Source: an uncultured Rhodobacteraceae bacterium (GTDB taxonomy: Bacteria > Pseudomonadota > Alphaproteobacteria > Rhodobacterales > Rhodobacteraceae). From it: a DNA stretch of 64,000 bases. This document shows, in pieces, positions 45,757-57,104 of this stretch (positions within the stretch are counted from its first letter, which is position 1; the number at the start of each line of letters is the position of its first letter). The notes beneath the pieces were generated by a model that was not told where the DNA came from, ran no database searches, and saw nothing but the letters and a program-made list of their open reading frames with translations. A program made the position numbers and the translations under genes. The stretch is from the NCBI GenBank assembly GCA_947488605.1, contig CANKZJ010000006.1, forward strand, positions 7,822-71,821. The letters are read 5' to 3'.

Positions 45757-47156
45757 TCCTCATCGCCTTCGATATAGGCCACGCGGCCCCCGGCTTTGTT
45801 CGTTGTCACAACGCCCAGCGACTTTAGCTTGCGGTGCAGCGCGGATCTTTCCATTCCGACAAACGACGCGGTGCGGCTGATGTTGCCACCAAACCGATTG
45901 ATCTGCGTCAGCAGATATTCGCGCTCAAACAGCTCGCGCGCCTCACGCAGTGGCAATGTGGCAAGACCACCGGCCAACACGATCCGACCTTCTTCGCCGC
46001 CGCCTTCTTCACTGCTTGGGAGTTCTTTGGCGCTGATATCACCGCTACTTTCTCCAAGGATAAGAACACGTTCCACGACGTTCTTTAACTGCCGCACATT
46101 CCCGGGCCATAGCATCGTTTGCAGCAACGCGCGCGCATCTTCAGCAATCTTGCGCAGCGGCAGGCCCTGTACCTTGTTGCAAGCCTCGATAAAGTGTTCG
46201 GCCAAAAGTGGGATATCCTCGCGGCGTTCTTCCAAGGATGGCACCGCAATTGGGACAACGTTCAAACGATGATAAAGCTCTTCTCGGAAGGTTCCTGCAT
46301 CAATTGCGGCTGGCAAATCGCGGTTGGTGCTGGAGATAACGCGCAGATCAACCTGTACTTTCTCACCACCGCCGACACGCTGAAACCGCTGCTCGACCAA
46401 CACGCGCAGGATTTTTGACTGTGTTCCCAATGGCATATCAGCGATTTCGTCGAAGTAGACGACGCCACCATTCGCCTCTTCCAGCAAACCCGGCTCAATA
46501 CCGCGCCCGCTATCTTCGCGTCCAAATAGCACCTCTTCCATACGCTCTGGTTCAATTGACGCGGAATTTACCGTCACAAAAGGTGCAGAGGCGCGGTTGG
46601 AATTGGCGTGAATATAACGCGCTGCGATTTCCTTACCGGCACCGGCGGGGCCAGTTAGCATCACGCGTCCATTGGATTTCGTCACCTTATCCAATTGCGA
46701 CTTGAGCATACGGAAGGCGGCACTATCGCCCAGCATCTCGGCGCTATGGCTTTCCCCGCGCTTCAGTTCAACGTTTTCGCGGCGGAGACGGGATGTTTCC
46801 ATCGCGCGGCGGATCACCACCAGCAACTGGTCGATGTTGAACGGCTTTTCAATAAAGTCGTAGGCGCCCTGTTTGATCGCGGCGACTGCAATTTCGATGT
46901 TGCCGTGACCGGAAATAATCACGATTGGCACATCGGGATGGTCACGCTTTACCGACTTAAGAATGTCGATCCCGTCCATATTGCTGTCTTTGAGCCAGAT
47001 ATCGAGGATCATCAACGCAGGCTGTTCAGCCGCGATCTGCGCCATACATTCGTCCGACGTCCCGGCAAGACGGGTTGTGTAGCCTTCATCAATTAGGATT
47101 TCTGAGATCAACTCTCGGATATCGCGTTCATCATCTGTGATCAGAATATCGCCCAT
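45753..47156 (-). CDS. ntrX: nitrogen assimilation response regulator NtrX (AAA+ type, no GAFTGA)
   Basis: Receiver domain, Walker A GPAGAGKE and a C-terminal HTH. The loop reads FGREDSGRGIEPG instead of GAFTGA. It lies downstream of ntrY. Confidence 0.9.
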   Translation of the reverse strand: MGDILITDDERDIRELISEILIDEGYTTRLAGTSDECMAQIAAEQPALMILDIWLKDSNMDGIDILKSVKRDHPDVPIVIISGHGNIEIAVAAIKQGAYDFIEKPFNIDQLLVVIRRAMETSRLRRENVELKRGESHSAEMLGDSAAFRMLKSQLDKVTKSNGRVMLTGPAGAGKEIAARYIHANSNRASAPFVTVNSASIEPERMEEVLFGREDSGRGIEPGLLEEANGGVVYFDEIADMPLGTQSKILRVLVEQRFQRVGGGEKVQVDLRVISSTNRDLPAAIDAGTFREELYHRLNVVPIAVPSLEERREDIPLLAEHFIEACNKVQGLPLRKIAEDARALLQTMLWPGNVRQLKNVVERVLILGESSGDISAKELPSSEEGGGEEGRIVLAGGLATLPLREARELFEREYLLTQINRFGGNISRTASFVGMERSALHRKLKSLGVVTTNKAGGRVAYIEGDEE

Positions 47157-47164
47157 GGATTACC

Positions 47165-49399
47165 TCATGCTGGTATTTTTGGTGCCCGCGCCTGTGCAGA
47201 TACAGCGGGCAATTGAATAATGGCGCAGGCACCTGAGTGGTCGTTACCTGCAAATGGTTCGGCGTCCGCAAGCGTTAGCGTTCCGCCATGTTCTTCGATG
47301 ATTTTCTTCACAATCGGCAGACCAAGGCCAGTGCCTTCGCCCCGTGTCGTCACGTAAGGCTCGAACAGGCGCGCGCGGTCTTCGGGCAAGCCAACGCCGT
47401 TGTCTGATATTTTGATTGTGACGTTGTGCTTGTCATAGCTCATGCGCAGCTGAATTTCAGGCCTGTAGTCTTTTGGCGCATGTTTTTCCAAATAGGTTGC
47501 GGTTGCTTCGCCTGCGTTCTTAAGAAGATTGGTGAGTGCCTGTCCGATCATGGTATCGTCCATATCGATCAGAACCACCTCTTCGGGGATGCTGGCCGCG
47601 AAGAAGACATCAGGCTGTCCGACAATTTGCAGCGACAGCGAGTCATGCACCAATTGCGTCAGGTCATTGAGATGCAGATCCGGCTCTGGCATGCGGGCGA
47701 ATTTCGCGAACTCATCAACAATGCGACGCAAGTCATTGGTTTGCCTGACAATCACATCTGTCATCTGTTCCAGTTTATCGGAATCGTGTCCCACCTGGCT
47801 GTGGAACTTGCGCTTGATCCGCTCTGCGGACAGTTGGATCGGGGTAAGCGGGTTCTTGATCTCGTGTGCGATACGTTGGGCCACATCACCCCATGCTGCC
47901 ATGCGCTGCGCGCTCACAAGGTCGGTAACATCATCAAACGCCACAACATAGCCTTCAAGTGCGCCGTCCGCGTTCCGGCGTTGTGCAATACGGACAAGCA
48001 AGCTTTCTTGTTGGCCTTTGCGGATCAGATTGACTTGTTCTTGCACGTTTTCGCGGTCGGTATCGTGGACCTGCGCAAATAGGTCTGCAAATTCCGGGAT
48101 TGCAACGGAAAGTGCCGTTTCTTCGTGATTATCGCTGACCGACAGCAAACGCCGTGCCGAGGGGTTCACGAAGCTGACGTTCCCGCTTACGTCCAGCCCA
48201 ACCACACCAGAGGTCACGGATTGCAGCACGGAATCAAACAGACGCCCGCGGCGTTCCGTTGTCTTGTTGGTTTCAATCAGCTCATCGCGCTGCCCCTTCA
48301 GGCGGCTTGTCATTTGGTTAAAGTAATGACCCAATTGGGAAATCTCATCATCACCATCATCCTCAATGACCCGTACATCAAGATCGCCGGAACCGACACG
48401 CTGCGAGGCCGATACCAACCGCCCCACGGGCCGTGATAGCCGCTCGGCAAACCAAAGACCGCCCCAGATCGCGCCAAGGATCAAGATGACCGCAAAGCCC
48501 AGATAAAGCAGGCCAAATTGAAACAGCAGTTGCCCGCGCTCGTTTTGCAGTTCTTCGTATTGGGCCACGGTTTCGGTGGTATCATCCAACAGTGACAACA
48601 CCGTCCCATCGACGGGCCGCGTCACATAAAGATAGCGATCACGGAATGCGGTCAGCGGGATCAATGCGCGAAACTCGTCATTGGCAAAGTCCTGCACGAT
48701 GGCAAGTCCATTGGCCTCAGCACGCAGGAAATCGTTGGCGGTGGGCCGTTCATAGCCAAATTCGTAGGATCGCGCGCCGCGCGCCATGATATTGCCAAGA
48801 CCGTCAATCACGAAAGCTTCTGTCAGGCCGCGCTCGATCTGCGCTTGAACATCACCCAAAGCGCGGCGCACTTCGCCATCATCCATGAACAGGTTCGCTT
48901 GACGCTCGCGGTTCAAATATGCGGCCAACCCTTCGCCGTCGCGGGTCAATCCTTGGCGGTGTTCCTCTTCGTAGGCCTGCGCCGTTGTCAGCGATGTCCG
49001 CAAAACGTTGCCGACCGGTTCCGAGAACAAGCCGTCCAAAGCGATCGAAATCAGCGTCACAGAAAAGACCGCGACCAGCACGATTGGCACCAATGCCGAA
49101 AGCGCGAAGACACCCGTTAGCCGCATGCTGAGCAGTGATCCCGCCGACTGCGCGCGCCGTGCCGCGACCATCCGCGCGACTTGGCGCATGACCAAAGCGG
49201 CGACAATCAAAACATAAACGAAATCGATCAAAAGGATCAGGCGCAGGGACGTCGAAGACGCACCCTTCCCCAAGGGTCCCACGACGATATAGGTCATCGC
49301 GGCCAGAACAGGTGCTGCCACCACGAGACCCATCGTGAGCGCACTCTGGACGCGCCGCTGGCGAAACCAGCGACTAAACCGAGTGATATCTAAACCCAT
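47165..49399 (-). CDS. ntrY: nitrogen regulation sensor histidine kinase NtrY
   Basis: N-terminal TM bundle, HAMP, PAS, H-box [12 protein letters not shown] and an HATPase domain. ATG 49399 is preferred over the track's TTG at 49420. Confidence 0.9.
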   Translation of the reverse strand: MGLDITRFSRWFRQRRVQSALTMGLVVAAPVLAAMTYIVVGPLGKGASSTSLRLILLIDFVYVLIVAALVMRQVARMVAARRAQSAGSLLSMRLTGVFALSALVPIVLVAVFSVTLISIALDGLFSEPVGNVLRTSLTTAQAYEEEHRQGLTRDGEGLAAYLNRERQANLFMDDGEVRRALGDVQAQIERGLTEAFVIDGLGNIMARGARSYEFGYERPTANDFLRAEANGLAIVQDFANDEFRALIPLTAFRDRYLYVTRPVDGTVLSLLDDTTETVAQYEELQNERGQLLFQFGLLYLGFAVILILGAIWGGLWFAERLSRPVGRLVSASQRVGSGDLDVRVIEDDGDDEISQLGHYFNQMTSRLKGQRDELIETNKTTERRGRLFDSVLQSVTSGVVGLDVSGNVSFVNPSARRLLSVSDNHEETALSVAIPEFADLFAQVHDTDRENVQEQVNLIRKGQQESLLVRIAQRRNADGALEGYVVAFDDVTDLVSAQRMAAWGDVAQRIAHEIKNPLTPIQLSAERIKRKFHSQVGHDSDKLEQMTDVIVRQTNDLRRIVDEFAKFARMPEPDLHLNDLTQLVHDSLSLQIVGQPDVFFAASIPEEVVLIDMDDTMIGQALTNLLKNAGEATATYLEKHAPKDYRPEIQLRMSYDKHNVTIKISDNGVGLPEDRARLFEPYVTTRGEGTGLGLPIVKKIIEEHGGTLTLADAEPFAGNDHSGACAIIQLPAVSAQARAPKIPA

Positions 49400-49515
49400 G
49401 AGGGTACGCCGCACGCGCAAAGCCCTGTGTTAAGGTGAGGTCGCCCCCACGGTACCGCCAAATCTGTGGTCTTTCTGCTACGCTGACGTACCAGTGCCAC
49501 GGTTCTGTTGCGGTT

Positions 49516-50889
49516 TTACATCAACTTACGGCGCCGAGTCACGCGGATATCGAGGTCTGTGATCTTCTTACGGAGGGTATTTCGGTTAATTCCGAGTAAA
49601 TCCGCACATTTTGCCTGATTTCCGCCCGTCGCATCCAGGGCAATCTCGATCAATGGCCCCTCAACCTCTTTGAGGATTCGGTTGTACAGACCCGGTGGCG
49701 GCAACACGCCACCATGCAGATCAAAGTACCGACGCAGGTGTTTCCCAACACTCGCGCTTAGCTTTTCGCCCTCACCACCCGAACGCAACGGCTCAATCGC
49801 GGGTTGGTTACCCAAGACCAGTTCGACCTCTGGCCGCGTTATTTCCTCTTCAGCGGCGGTGAACACCAAACGGCGCACCGCATTTTCCAATTGGCGTACA
49901 TTGCCGGGCCAGCTGTATGCACGCACCAAGTCAAGAGCCGCATCCCCGAAACGGCGCAACGGTGCGCCGTCCCGTTCGGCACGGGCCAGAAAATGATCCG
50001 CCAGAAGTGGGATATCATCAACGCGCTCACGCAAGGACGGCACATCGACCGTCACACCGCCAAGTCGGTAAAACAGATCTTCGCGGAATTCCCCGTCTTC
50101 CATACGTGCCATCAAATCCGACTGCGACGTCGCCATGATCCGCGGGGCATTGTCGCCCAGACTGTCCAACATCCGCACAATTCGGGCCTGCGCAGGTTCG
50201 GACAGATCGCTCACTTCATCAAAAAGGATCGACCCACCTTTGGCACGGCTCAGAATGGTTGACGGGCCATCCATCCCTTCCAGGTCAGACGCAGAGACCA
50301 CAACGAACGGCAGGCTGCGACGATCGGAGAAATCATGGACAGCACGTGCGATCAGCGATTTGCCAGTGCCGCTCTCGCCTGTAATCAACACCGGCAATTG
50401 CGTGTTCATCACCCTGGCCACAAGCCGGTAGAGCGCTTGCATCACCGACGTGCGCCCGACCAACGGCAGATCACCGCCCTGTTCGGTCGAGGTCACATCA
50501 GGCGCGCGGGTCACTGGCGCGCGGCGTTTCACTTCGAGCGCACGCGCGGCACGTTTCATCAAGTCGGGCAGATCAAAAGGTTTGGGCAAATAGTCATAGG
50601 CATCCGCCTCGGCGGCTTGGATCGCCGTCATGATCGTGTTCTGGGCAGAAATCACGATAACCGGCAAACCGGGGCGTGCGGCAGCAATCTTGGGCAATTG
50701 CTCGAGACCATTGCCATCTGGCATGACCACATCCGAGATCACCAGATCGCCTTTGCCTTCGTCCACCCACCGCATCAGCGTGACGAGAGAAGAGGTCGCG
50801 TGCACCTTGCACCCTGCACGTGTCAGCGCTTGGGTCAGCACGGTTCTGATCGTGCGGTCGTCATCTGCGACAAGAACGGTCCCATCCAT
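49516..50889 (-). CDS. ntrC: nitrogen regulation response regulator NtrC (GAFTGA loop deleted)
   Basis: Receiver domain, Walker A GESGTGKS and a Fis-type HTH. The region where ESELFGHEKGAFTGA is expected instead reads [19 protein letters not shown] (about nt 50236-50289). Confidence 0.9.
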   Translation of the reverse strand: MDGTVLVADDDRTIRTVLTQALTRAGCKVHATSSLVTLMRWVDEGKGDLVISDVVMPDGNGLEQLPKIAAARPGLPVIVISAQNTIMTAIQAAEADAYDYLPKPFDLPDLMKRAARALEVKRRAPVTRAPDVTSTEQGGDLPLVGRTSVMQALYRLVARVMNTQLPVLITGESGTGKSLIARAVHDFSDRRSLPFVVVSASDLEGMDGPSTILSRAKGGSILFDEVSDLSEPAQARIVRMLDSLGDNAPRIMATSQSDLMARMEDGEFREDLFYRLGGVTVDVPSLRERVDDIPLLADHFLARAERDGAPLRRFGDAALDLVRAYSWPGNVRQLENAVRRLVFTAAEEEITRPEVELVLGNQPAIEPLRSGGEGEKLSASVGKHLRRYFDLHGGVLPPPGLYNRILKEVEGPLIEIALDATGGNQAKCADLLGINRNTLRKKITDLDIRVTRRRKLM

Positions 50890-51965
50890 TAGTCTTCTCC
50901 TGTTTCATAGTCTTTGGGCACAACGGGCAGTGAAATCCGAAACACAGTGCGGCCGGGCACGCTGTCCACGGAGATCCATCCACCCGCATCACCAATCAAT
51001 TTCGACACCAATGCGAGCCCCAACCCGGTGCCGTTTTCCTTGCCCGATACGAAGGGTTCAAAAATATCATCCGCAATCTCGCGCGGCAAACCGGGCCCAT
51101 CATCGATAATCTCGACTTGCAGTGGCAAACGGGCTTGCGTCCCATCCGAGCGGTGAACCCGCAACGATGTGTCATAAAACGTATGCAGTCTGATTGTGCC
51201 CGCCTCTCCGCCCGCCTCTGACGCGTTCTTGAGAAGGTTCAGAAACACCTGCAAAAGTTGATCGCCATCTGCCACAGTTTGCGGCAATGACGGGTCGTAT
51301 TCCTCAACAAATAGCATATGCGCGCCAAAACCCACAGCCGCTGACTGCCGCGCACGGTCAAGCACATCGTGGATGTTCACGGGTTTCAAAACCGGCGGAC
51401 GCAAGTTGCCAAACTGCTCAACCTGCTCAAGCAGTTTCACAATCCGGCGGCTTTCCTCGACAATCAGATCAGTCATTTCCTGATCTTCCGGGGTTAACCC
51501 CATGGACAGCAATTGCGCCGCCCCTGTGATCCCCGCCAACGGGTTCTTGATCTCATGCGCCAGCATCTCGGCCATGCCAATCGCTGATTTCGCGGCTTTG
51601 CCGGACGAATGGTTTTGATTGATCCGGCTGGCAATCTCGCGCGGGCTGATCATCACGATCATCGTGCCTTCGCTGCCCTGCAATGGTGCGAACTGAATGT
51701 TACAAAGCATCGGTGCACGCTCGCCGCTACCCACATCGACGTCATTGACAAAAAGCGAGGTGCTGTTTTCACGCGCACGCGCAAAGGGCGCCTCAAGTGG
51801 CGCATCGATCATCACTTTGTCCCAAAGCTTTTCACCGGTCAGCGCTTTGGTTGAGATGTTCAGGAAACTCTCGGCGGCGGGATTGACGTACATCACTGCA
51901 TCATCGGCATCGACCATGATCGCGGGAACCGGCAATGAGAGCCAAAGGGCCGTGTCCCAAATCAT
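50889..51965 (-). CDS. ntrB: nitrogen regulation sensor histidine kinase NtrB
   Basis: PAS domain, H-box [12 protein letters not shown] and an HATPase domain. Its TAA overlaps the ntrC ATG (TAATG). Confidence 0.9.
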   Translation of the reverse strand: MIWDTALWLSLPVPAIMVDADDAVMYVNPAAESFLNISTKALTGEKLWDKVMIDAPLEAPFARARENSTSLFVNDVDVGSGERAPMLCNIQFAPLQGSEGTMIVMISPREIASRINQNHSSGKAAKSAIGMAEMLAHEIKNPLAGITGAAQLLSMGLTPEDQEMTDLIVEESRRIVKLLEQVEQFGNLRPPVLKPVNIHDVLDRARQSAAVGFGAHMLFVEEYDPSLPQTVADGDQLLQVFLNLLKNASEAGGEAGTIRLHTFYDTSLRVHRSDGTQARLPLQVEIIDDGPGLPREIADDIFEPFVSGKENGTGLGLALVSKLIGDAGGWISVDSVPGRTVFRISLPVVPKDYETGED

Positions 51966-52963
51966 GCCGCGATCTCCATCGTCAAAGCATCTGGCAAATC
52001 ACGCAAGACATCCCGAGGATCAGCATGCGTCAGAATGGCCTTACGCAAAGCAGGCACAGTGTCCGCGTCGTCCATGTACCACCCCAAATGCTTACGAGAG
52101 ACCTTGCGCCCCATGTCGTGCCCATAAAACGAAAGCATTGCTTCGTAGTGACCACACACCATATCGATCAGCGCGGCCCCTTGCGGGACAACTGGCATCG
52201 GTGTGCCGTGCAATGCGGCTGACACCTGTGCCAAAAGCCAAGGCTGCCCTTGCGCACCGCGCCCGATCATCACGCCGTCAGCGCCTGACAATGCCAACGC
52301 TTTGCGGGCCGTCGTCGCATCAACAATATCGCCATTGGCAATGACCGGAATATCGACGGCCTCTTTGATGCGCCGGATCGCGGCCCAATCGGCGTTGCCT
52401 TTATAAAACTGACAGCGGGTGCGCCCGTGAATTGTCACCAGCTTAATCCCCGCCTGTTCCGCACGCCGCGCCACATCTGCCGCGTTCAAGCTGTCATCAT
52501 CCCAACCAAGCCGCGTTTTCAGCGTCACGGGCACATCAACCGCATTCACGACCGCTTCGATCAGGCTGAGTGCATGATCAGGTGTCCGCAATAAAGCAGA
52601 GCCGGAATACCCGTTTGTCACCTTTTTCGCCGGGCAGCCCATGTTGATATCAATAATCGCCGCACCGTTGGCAGCCGCCATCTTGGCAGCTTCCGCCATC
52701 CAATAGGCCTCGCGCCCTGCGATCTGTACGGCTGTGCCCGCTTGATCATAACCCAGCTCTGCGCGTTCTCTGACGCCGGGTTTGGCCTGAACCATTTCCT
52801 GACTGGCGACCATCTCACTTACGACCCAGCCGGCGCCAAAAGACGCGACCAGCTGCCGAAACGGCAAATCAGTAATCCCCGCCAAAGGTGCAAGCGCAAC
52901 CGGCGGCGTCAGAGCCACATCATTCAAGACCAAAGATTCGGTATATGCCAAAGAGATAATCAT
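51962..52963 (-). CDS. dusB: tRNA dihydrouridine synthase DusB (NifR3)
   Basis: Motifs [13 protein letters not shown] and [10 protein letters not shown], in the classic dusB-ntrBC arrangement. Confidence 0.92.
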   Translation of the reverse strand: MIISLAYTESLVLNDVALTPPVALAPLAGITDLPFRQLVASFGAGWVVSEMVASQEMVQAKPGVRERAELGYDQAGTAVQIAGREAYWMAEAAKMAAANGAAIIDINMGCPAKKVTNGYSGSALLRTPDHALSLIEAVVNAVDVPVTLKTRLGWDDDSLNAADVARRAEQAGIKLVTIHGRTRCQFYKGNADWAAIRRIKEAVDIPVIANGDIVDATTARKALALSGADGVMIGRGAQGQPWLLAQVSAALHGTPMPVVPQGAALIDMVCGHYEAMLSFYGHDMGRKVSRKHLGWYMDDADTVPALRKAILTHADPRDVLRDLPDALTMEIAA

Positions 52964-53149
52964 TCGCTTACAGGATACGCATTGCCTTTGAGATAGGGCG
53001 AAACTGTTGAATTCTCAACGAAACTCGACGCACTTTCTCCCGCTAAAGCAGCAAATGCCTAATTATTAATCGGTTAGCCGCAAAAACTGACGAATTGCGT
53101 CAGGCTAGTCAGCGGCCTAAACCTGTGGTGCAGCAAAGACGGATTTGAG

Positions 53150-54283
53150 ATGACAACAGCCGCCATCATCGTCGCAGCCGGGCGCGGAACACGCGCCGGT
53201 GGTGACTTGCCAAAGCAGTGGCGGATTTTGCGTGGCCGCCCCGTGGCCGCTTATGCAATGTCGCGTTTTGCGTCACATCCTGCGATCGCTCAGCTGATCC
53301 TTGTCGTTCACGCCGACGATATCGAAACGCAGGCTTGGCCTCGCGAGCCTGACGCGACTGTTGTTGCGGGAGGTGCGACCCGTGCCGCATCGGTGCGCGC
53401 TGGGCTTGATGCCGTTGGCGACAACATTGAAACCGTTCTGATCCACGATGCCGCGCGGCCATTGGTGAATGACGCGCTGATTGACCGCGTTCTTGCAGCA
53501 CTCGAGACAAGCGACGGGGCTGCCCCCGCTCTCGCTGTAACGGATACGCTTTGGCAAGGTGCAGACGGTGCCGTGCAAGGGGTGCAAGACCGCGCAGGCC
53601 TGTTCCGTGCCCAAACGCCGCAAGGGTTTCGGCTTGCACCGCTGCGCGCAGCACATGCCGCGGCCACCGGGCACGAAACCGACGATGTCGCCGTCGCCCG
53701 CGCGGCGGGACTGGACGTCACCATCGTAGCAGGCGATGAAGACAATCTAAAAATAACAACGCCCGAAGACTTTGACAGGGCCGAACGATTGATGAGGCAA
53801 AACATGGATATTCGCGTAGGCAATGGCTATGACGTGCACCGGTTTGGACCGGGAGATCACGTGTGGCTGTGCGGTGTGCAAGTCCCACATACCCGCAGCT
53901 TGCAGGGCCATTCTGATGCTGATGTCGGGATGCATGCGGTCACGGACGCGATCTATGGCGCTCTGGGCAAGGGTGACATCGGCCAGCACTTCCCGCCTTC
54001 CGATCCGCAATGGAAAGGTGCCGCGAGCCACATCTTTTTGAAGCATGCTGTCGCACTGGCCAAATCCGAGGGCTTTGAGATCGGCAACGCGGATTGCACG
54101 CTTGTGTGCGAACAGCCCAAAATCGGCCCGCACCAAGATGCGATGAAAGCGGTGATGGCGGCCTATATGGGCCTGGACAGCGGGCGTATCAGCGTCAAAG
54201 CCACCACATCCGAGCGCTTGGGCTTTACCGGCCGCGAAGAAGGCATCGCATCAATTGCCACAGTGACTTTGATCAAAACATGA
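53150..54283 (+). CDS. ispDF: bifunctional MEP cytidylyltransferase / MEcPP synthase
   Basis: IspD N-terminus [13 protein letters not shown] is fused to an IspF domain ([18 protein letters not shown]). Confidence 0.93.
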   Translation: MTTAAIIVAAGRGTRAGGDLPKQWRILRGRPVAAYAMSRFASHPAIAQLILVVHADDIETQAWPREPDATVVAGGATRAASVRAGLDAVGDNIETVLIHDAARPLVNDALIDRVLAALETSDGAAPALAVTDTLWQGADGAVQGVQDRAGLFRAQTPQGFRLAPLRAAHAAATGHETDDVAVARAAGLDVTIVAGDEDNLKITTPEDFDRAERLMRQNMDIRVGNGYDVHRFGPGDHVWLCGVQVPHTRSLQGHSDADVGMHAVTDAIYGALGKGDIGQHFPPSDPQWKGAASHIFLKHAVALAKSEGFEIGNADCTLVCEQPKIGPHQDAMKAVMAAYMGLDSGRISVKATTSERLGFTGREEGIASIATVTLIKT

Positions 54284-54786
54284 CACATCTGATCGCCACA
54301 TTTTTCTATGTAGGACACATGCGCCCTGCCCCCGGCACCTGGGGGTCACTGGCCGCCCTGCCCACTGGTTTGGTGATTTACATGCTGCTTGGTCCTTGGG
54401 GCCTGCTTTTGGGGGCAGTTCTTTCGTACCCATTGGGTGTTTGGGCGACGGCCATTGAGACCAAGGGAAAAGACAATCACGACCCGTCCGAGATTGTCAT
54501 TGATGAAGTTTGCGGCCAATGGATCGCCCTTTTGCCGGTGGCCTTTGGCGCGGCCCATACCGGCGCTGCGATCACTGACCTTTGGCCCGGCTGGGTCGCT
54601 GCATTTGTGCTATTTCGATTCTTTGACATCACGAAACTTGGCCCCGTCGGTTGGGCAGATCGCATGGAAGGACCAACCGGCGTGATGCTGGATGATGTGA
54701 TTGCAGGCATCTTTGCGGCACTTGGCGTCATGGGATTGGCGTGGCTGGCACATGCGGGCTTTGTGGCCAACGTGAACCCAGCATGA
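54280..54786 (+). CDS. pgpA: phosphatidylglycerophosphatase A
   Basis: ATG 54280 overlaps the ispDF stop (ATGA). The motif [26 protein letters not shown] is present. The upstream part of the track ORF is out of context. Confidence 0.88.
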   Translation: MTHLIATFFYVGHMRPAPGTWGSLAALPTGLVIYMLLGPWGLLLGAVLSYPLGVWATAIETKGKDNHDPSEIVIDEVCGQWIALLPVAFGAAHTGAAITDLWPGWVAAFVLFRFFDITKLGPVGWADRMEGPTGVMLDDVIAGIFAALGVMGLAWLAHAGFVANVNPA

Positions 54787-55256
54787 CGGAGGCGCTGGAG
54801 CTGCTCAACGCCGCCAAGGCCAAAGGCTTGATCCTCGCAACCGCGGAAAGCTGCACCGGCGGCATGTTGAGTGCCGCAATCACGGATATCCCCGGCAGTT
54901 CTGCGATATTTGATCGCGCATTTGTCACCTACACGAATGCCGCAAAAATGCAGATGCTGGACGTATCACAGGCAACATTGACCGCGCATGGGGCCGTGTC
55001 GGAAGAGGTCGCAATTGAAATGGCTCTGGGCGCGCTGCACCATTCGGACGCGGACATTACCGTCGCCATCACAGGCATCGCAGGCCCCGGCGGGTCCGAG
55101 CATAAACCCGAAGGACGTGTCTGTTTTGGTGTCGCAACAAAAACCGGTGCAAGCAGTGAAACCATCGAGTTTGGGGCATTGGGGCGCGATAAAGTGCGTC
55201 TGGCTGCCCGTGATCACGGGCTGACTTCCCTTCTGAAAGTCGTCGATTCAATTTAG
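54783..55256 (+). CDS. CinA C-terminal domain protein (PncC-type nicotinamide-nucleotide amidohydrolase family)
   Basis: ATG 54783 overlaps the pgpA stop. Motifs LATAESCTGGML and ITGIAGPGG. Confidence 0.88.
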   Translation: MTEALELLNAAKAKGLILATAESCTGGMLSAAITDIPGSSAIFDRAFVTYTNAAKMQMLDVSQATLTAHGAVSEEVAIEMALGALHHSDADITVAITGIAGPGGSEHKPEGRVCFGVATKTGASSETIEFGALGRDKVRLAARDHGLTSLLKVVDSI

Positions 55257-55286
55257 CGTAGTTTTTCGACTTCGATAGCTTCATGC

Positions 55287-55328
55287 GCCTAATTATTCAT
55301 CATTATGTGAATTGCATTATAATTAGGC
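55287..55328. repeat. AT-rich inverted repeat upstream of amt
   Basis: GCCTAATTAT (55287-55296) and ATAATTAGGC (55319-55328) are perfect 10-bp arms with a 22-nt spacer. The repeat lies about 90 nt upstream of the amt ATG. Confidence 0.6.
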
Positions 55329-55419
55329 TCTCTCAATCAACAGTGCTTATTTAATTGGCACCTCAAATCCGTCCTAACGCACCCCGACAAAAGACCCAAA
55401 GATTCTCAAGGAGGGGACT

Positions 55420-56601
55420 ATGAACGGAGCCGATACAGCGTGGATCATCGTGGCCACGGCGCTTGTTTTATTTATGACATTGCCGGGGCTGGCGCTGTTT
55501 TATGGCGGATTGGTCCGCTCGCGCAACGTTTTGAGCGTCTTTATGCATTGCTATGCCATCGCCTGCTTGATGAGCATTTTGTGGTTCGCGCTTGGATATT
55601 CGATCGCCTTCGGATCCGGCACCAGCGGGTTCTGGGGCGGTTTGGACAAAATGTTCCTATCCGGGATCACAAGCGACACTCTTTCGGGCACCCTGCCCGA
55701 GGTTTTGTTCTTTGCCTTCCAGATGACCTTTGCCATCATCACACCGGCTTTGATTGTTGGCGCATATGTTGAACGGATCGGGTTTGGCTTTGTGCTGCTG
55801 TTTTCATCGCTTTGGATGCTGCTTTGTTATGCGCCTGTCGTGCATTGGGTTTGGGGCGGCGGGATGCTGGCGGACGGCGGCATCTTTGGTGAGATCGGTG
55901 TGCGTGATTTTGCGGGCGGGATCGTCGTGCATGAAACAGCGGGTTTGGCGGCGCTGATCCTTGCAATTTTCCTTGGGTCACGCCGTGATCCCTCTAAACC
56001 CCCACATAACCCTGGCATGGTAATGATTGGCGCGGCGATGCTGTGGGTTGGTTGGTTTGGCTTCAACGGTGGATCGCAATTGGCGGCTGACGGCGGTGCC
56101 GCGATGGCGATCACTGTCACACATATATCGGCTGCTGCAGCGTCTTTGACATGGGCCTTGTGGGAGCGCGTGAAGTTCGGCAAAGCGTCCCTAGTTGGTA
56201 TGGTGACCGGAACCATCGCGGGCCTTGCGTCTATCACACCGGCATCAGGTTTTGTCGGGCCTGTCGAGGCGTTGGTGATCGGTTCTGTCGCCGGTATCTT
56301 GTGCCAAGAGGCCGTTAATCTGATCCGCAACACATTCAAAATCGATGACACGCTGGATGTGTTCGCAGTGCACGGCGTCGGCGGCATTTTTGGTACAATC
56401 ATGATTGCTGTTTTCGGCGCGGGCGCATGGGCCGCGCAACTGGGCGGCCTTGTGATTGTTGGTGTCTATACGGCTGTCGTCACCGTCGTTTTGATTTTCA
56501 TCTGCAAGGCAATCACACCGCTGCGCGTTGATGAAGAAACCGAAGTGAACGGGCTTGATTTGGCTGTCCACGGTGAACGGGCGTATGAATTTAACAGCTA
56601 A
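55420..56601 (+). CDS. amt: ammonium transporter (Amt family)
   Basis: Preceded by AAGGAGG. The motifs DFAGGIVVHETAG and DVFAVHGVGG are present, including the twin-His signature. Confidence 0.93.
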   Translation: MNGADTAWIIVATALVLFMTLPGLALFYGGLVRSRNVLSVFMHCYAIACLMSILWFALGYSIAFGSGTSGFWGGLDKMFLSGITSDTLSGTLPEVLFFAFQMTFAIITPALIVGAYVERIGFGFVLLFSSLWMLLCYAPVVHWVWGGGMLADGGIFGEIGVRDFAGGIVVHETAGLAALILAIFLGSRRDPSKPPHNPGMVMIGAAMLWVGWFGFNGGSQLAADGGAAMAITVTHISAAAASLTWALWERVKFGKASLVGMVTGTIAGLASITPASGFVGPVEALVIGSVAGILCQEAVNLIRNTFKIDDTLDVFAVHGVGGIFGTIMIAVFGAGAWAAQLGGLVIVGVYTAVVTVVLIFICKAITPLRVDEETEVNGLDLAVHGERAYEFNS

Positions 56602-56622
56602 ACCCAGCAAGAAGTAGGCACC

Positions 56623-56648
56623 GAGCGCGCCCACAATTGGGCGCGCTC
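56623..56648. terminator. GC-rich hairpin between convergent amt and the ParB-like gene (bidirectional terminator candidate)
   Basis: GAGCGCGCCCA pairs with TGGGCGCGCTC as an 11-bp perfect stem around a CAAT loop. There are no strong U tracts on either side. Confidence 0.5.
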
Positions 56649-56663
56649 TTCGCATTGGTCATC

Positions 56664-57104
56664 TTAGATGTCTATGTCCGGGTAAGGCAGCGTTGCCACA
56701 TCAACGTTGATGTGGTCAGGATCAGGTGTGCGATCAAACCTGACCGCGTCAATGGATTGGCGTTCCTGCAACAGTGCTTTGACCACGCGGTGCATCCCGT
56801 CCATCAAACGCCCATCGCTGCACAAAATGATCGGGTACGTCAGATCAGCTTGCTGAACCAAAGCCATATGATCCGCTATTGATTGGGGTGTGGGGACATC
56901 GCTTTCGTCCTGATACCACCACCGCTCTTTGATCTCGGCAATATCAGACAAAGGAACCGAGATGACCGGCAGCCCTCTCGAGCGCTGCACTAATCCATGC
57001 ACATCCCACGTATGCGTATCAAGACCGACGATGCGGGTGTGGTACTGTGTTCTCAAAAGTTCGTTCCAACTTTGCGGTATTGAATTGAGCCAATCAGATT
57101 TCAC
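56664..57104 (-). CDS. hypothetical protein with a ParB/Srx-like (ParB N-terminal) domain
   Basis: GTG 57104 directly abuts the upstream TAA (TAAGTG). The C-terminal half, YPIILCSDGRLMDGMHRVVKALLQERQSIDAVRF, resembles the ParB-N/sulfiredoxin DGxHR core. Confidence 0.6.
   Translation of the reverse strand: MKSDWLNSIPQSWNELLRTQYHTRIVGLDTHTWDVHGLVQRSRGLPVISVPLSDIAEIKERWWYQDESDVPTPQSIADHMALVQQADLTYPIILCSDGRLMDGMHRVVKALLQERQSIDAVRFDRTPDPDHINVDVATLPYPDIDI

Noticed and set aside
53057-53067. 11-mer GCCTAATTATT shared between the dusB/ispDF spacer and the amt upstream inverted repeat (55287)
   Set aside because: It is tempting as a common nitrogen-regulator site. However, a single shared 11-mer among about 3 kb of AT-enriched intergenic DNA is roughly what chance predicts, and the 53057 copy has no inverted partner.
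54094-54279. N-terminal extension of the pgpA ORF in the track
   Set aside because: It overlaps the ispDF 3' end. The PgpA-like sequence starts at ATG 54280, which is coupled to the ispDF stop.
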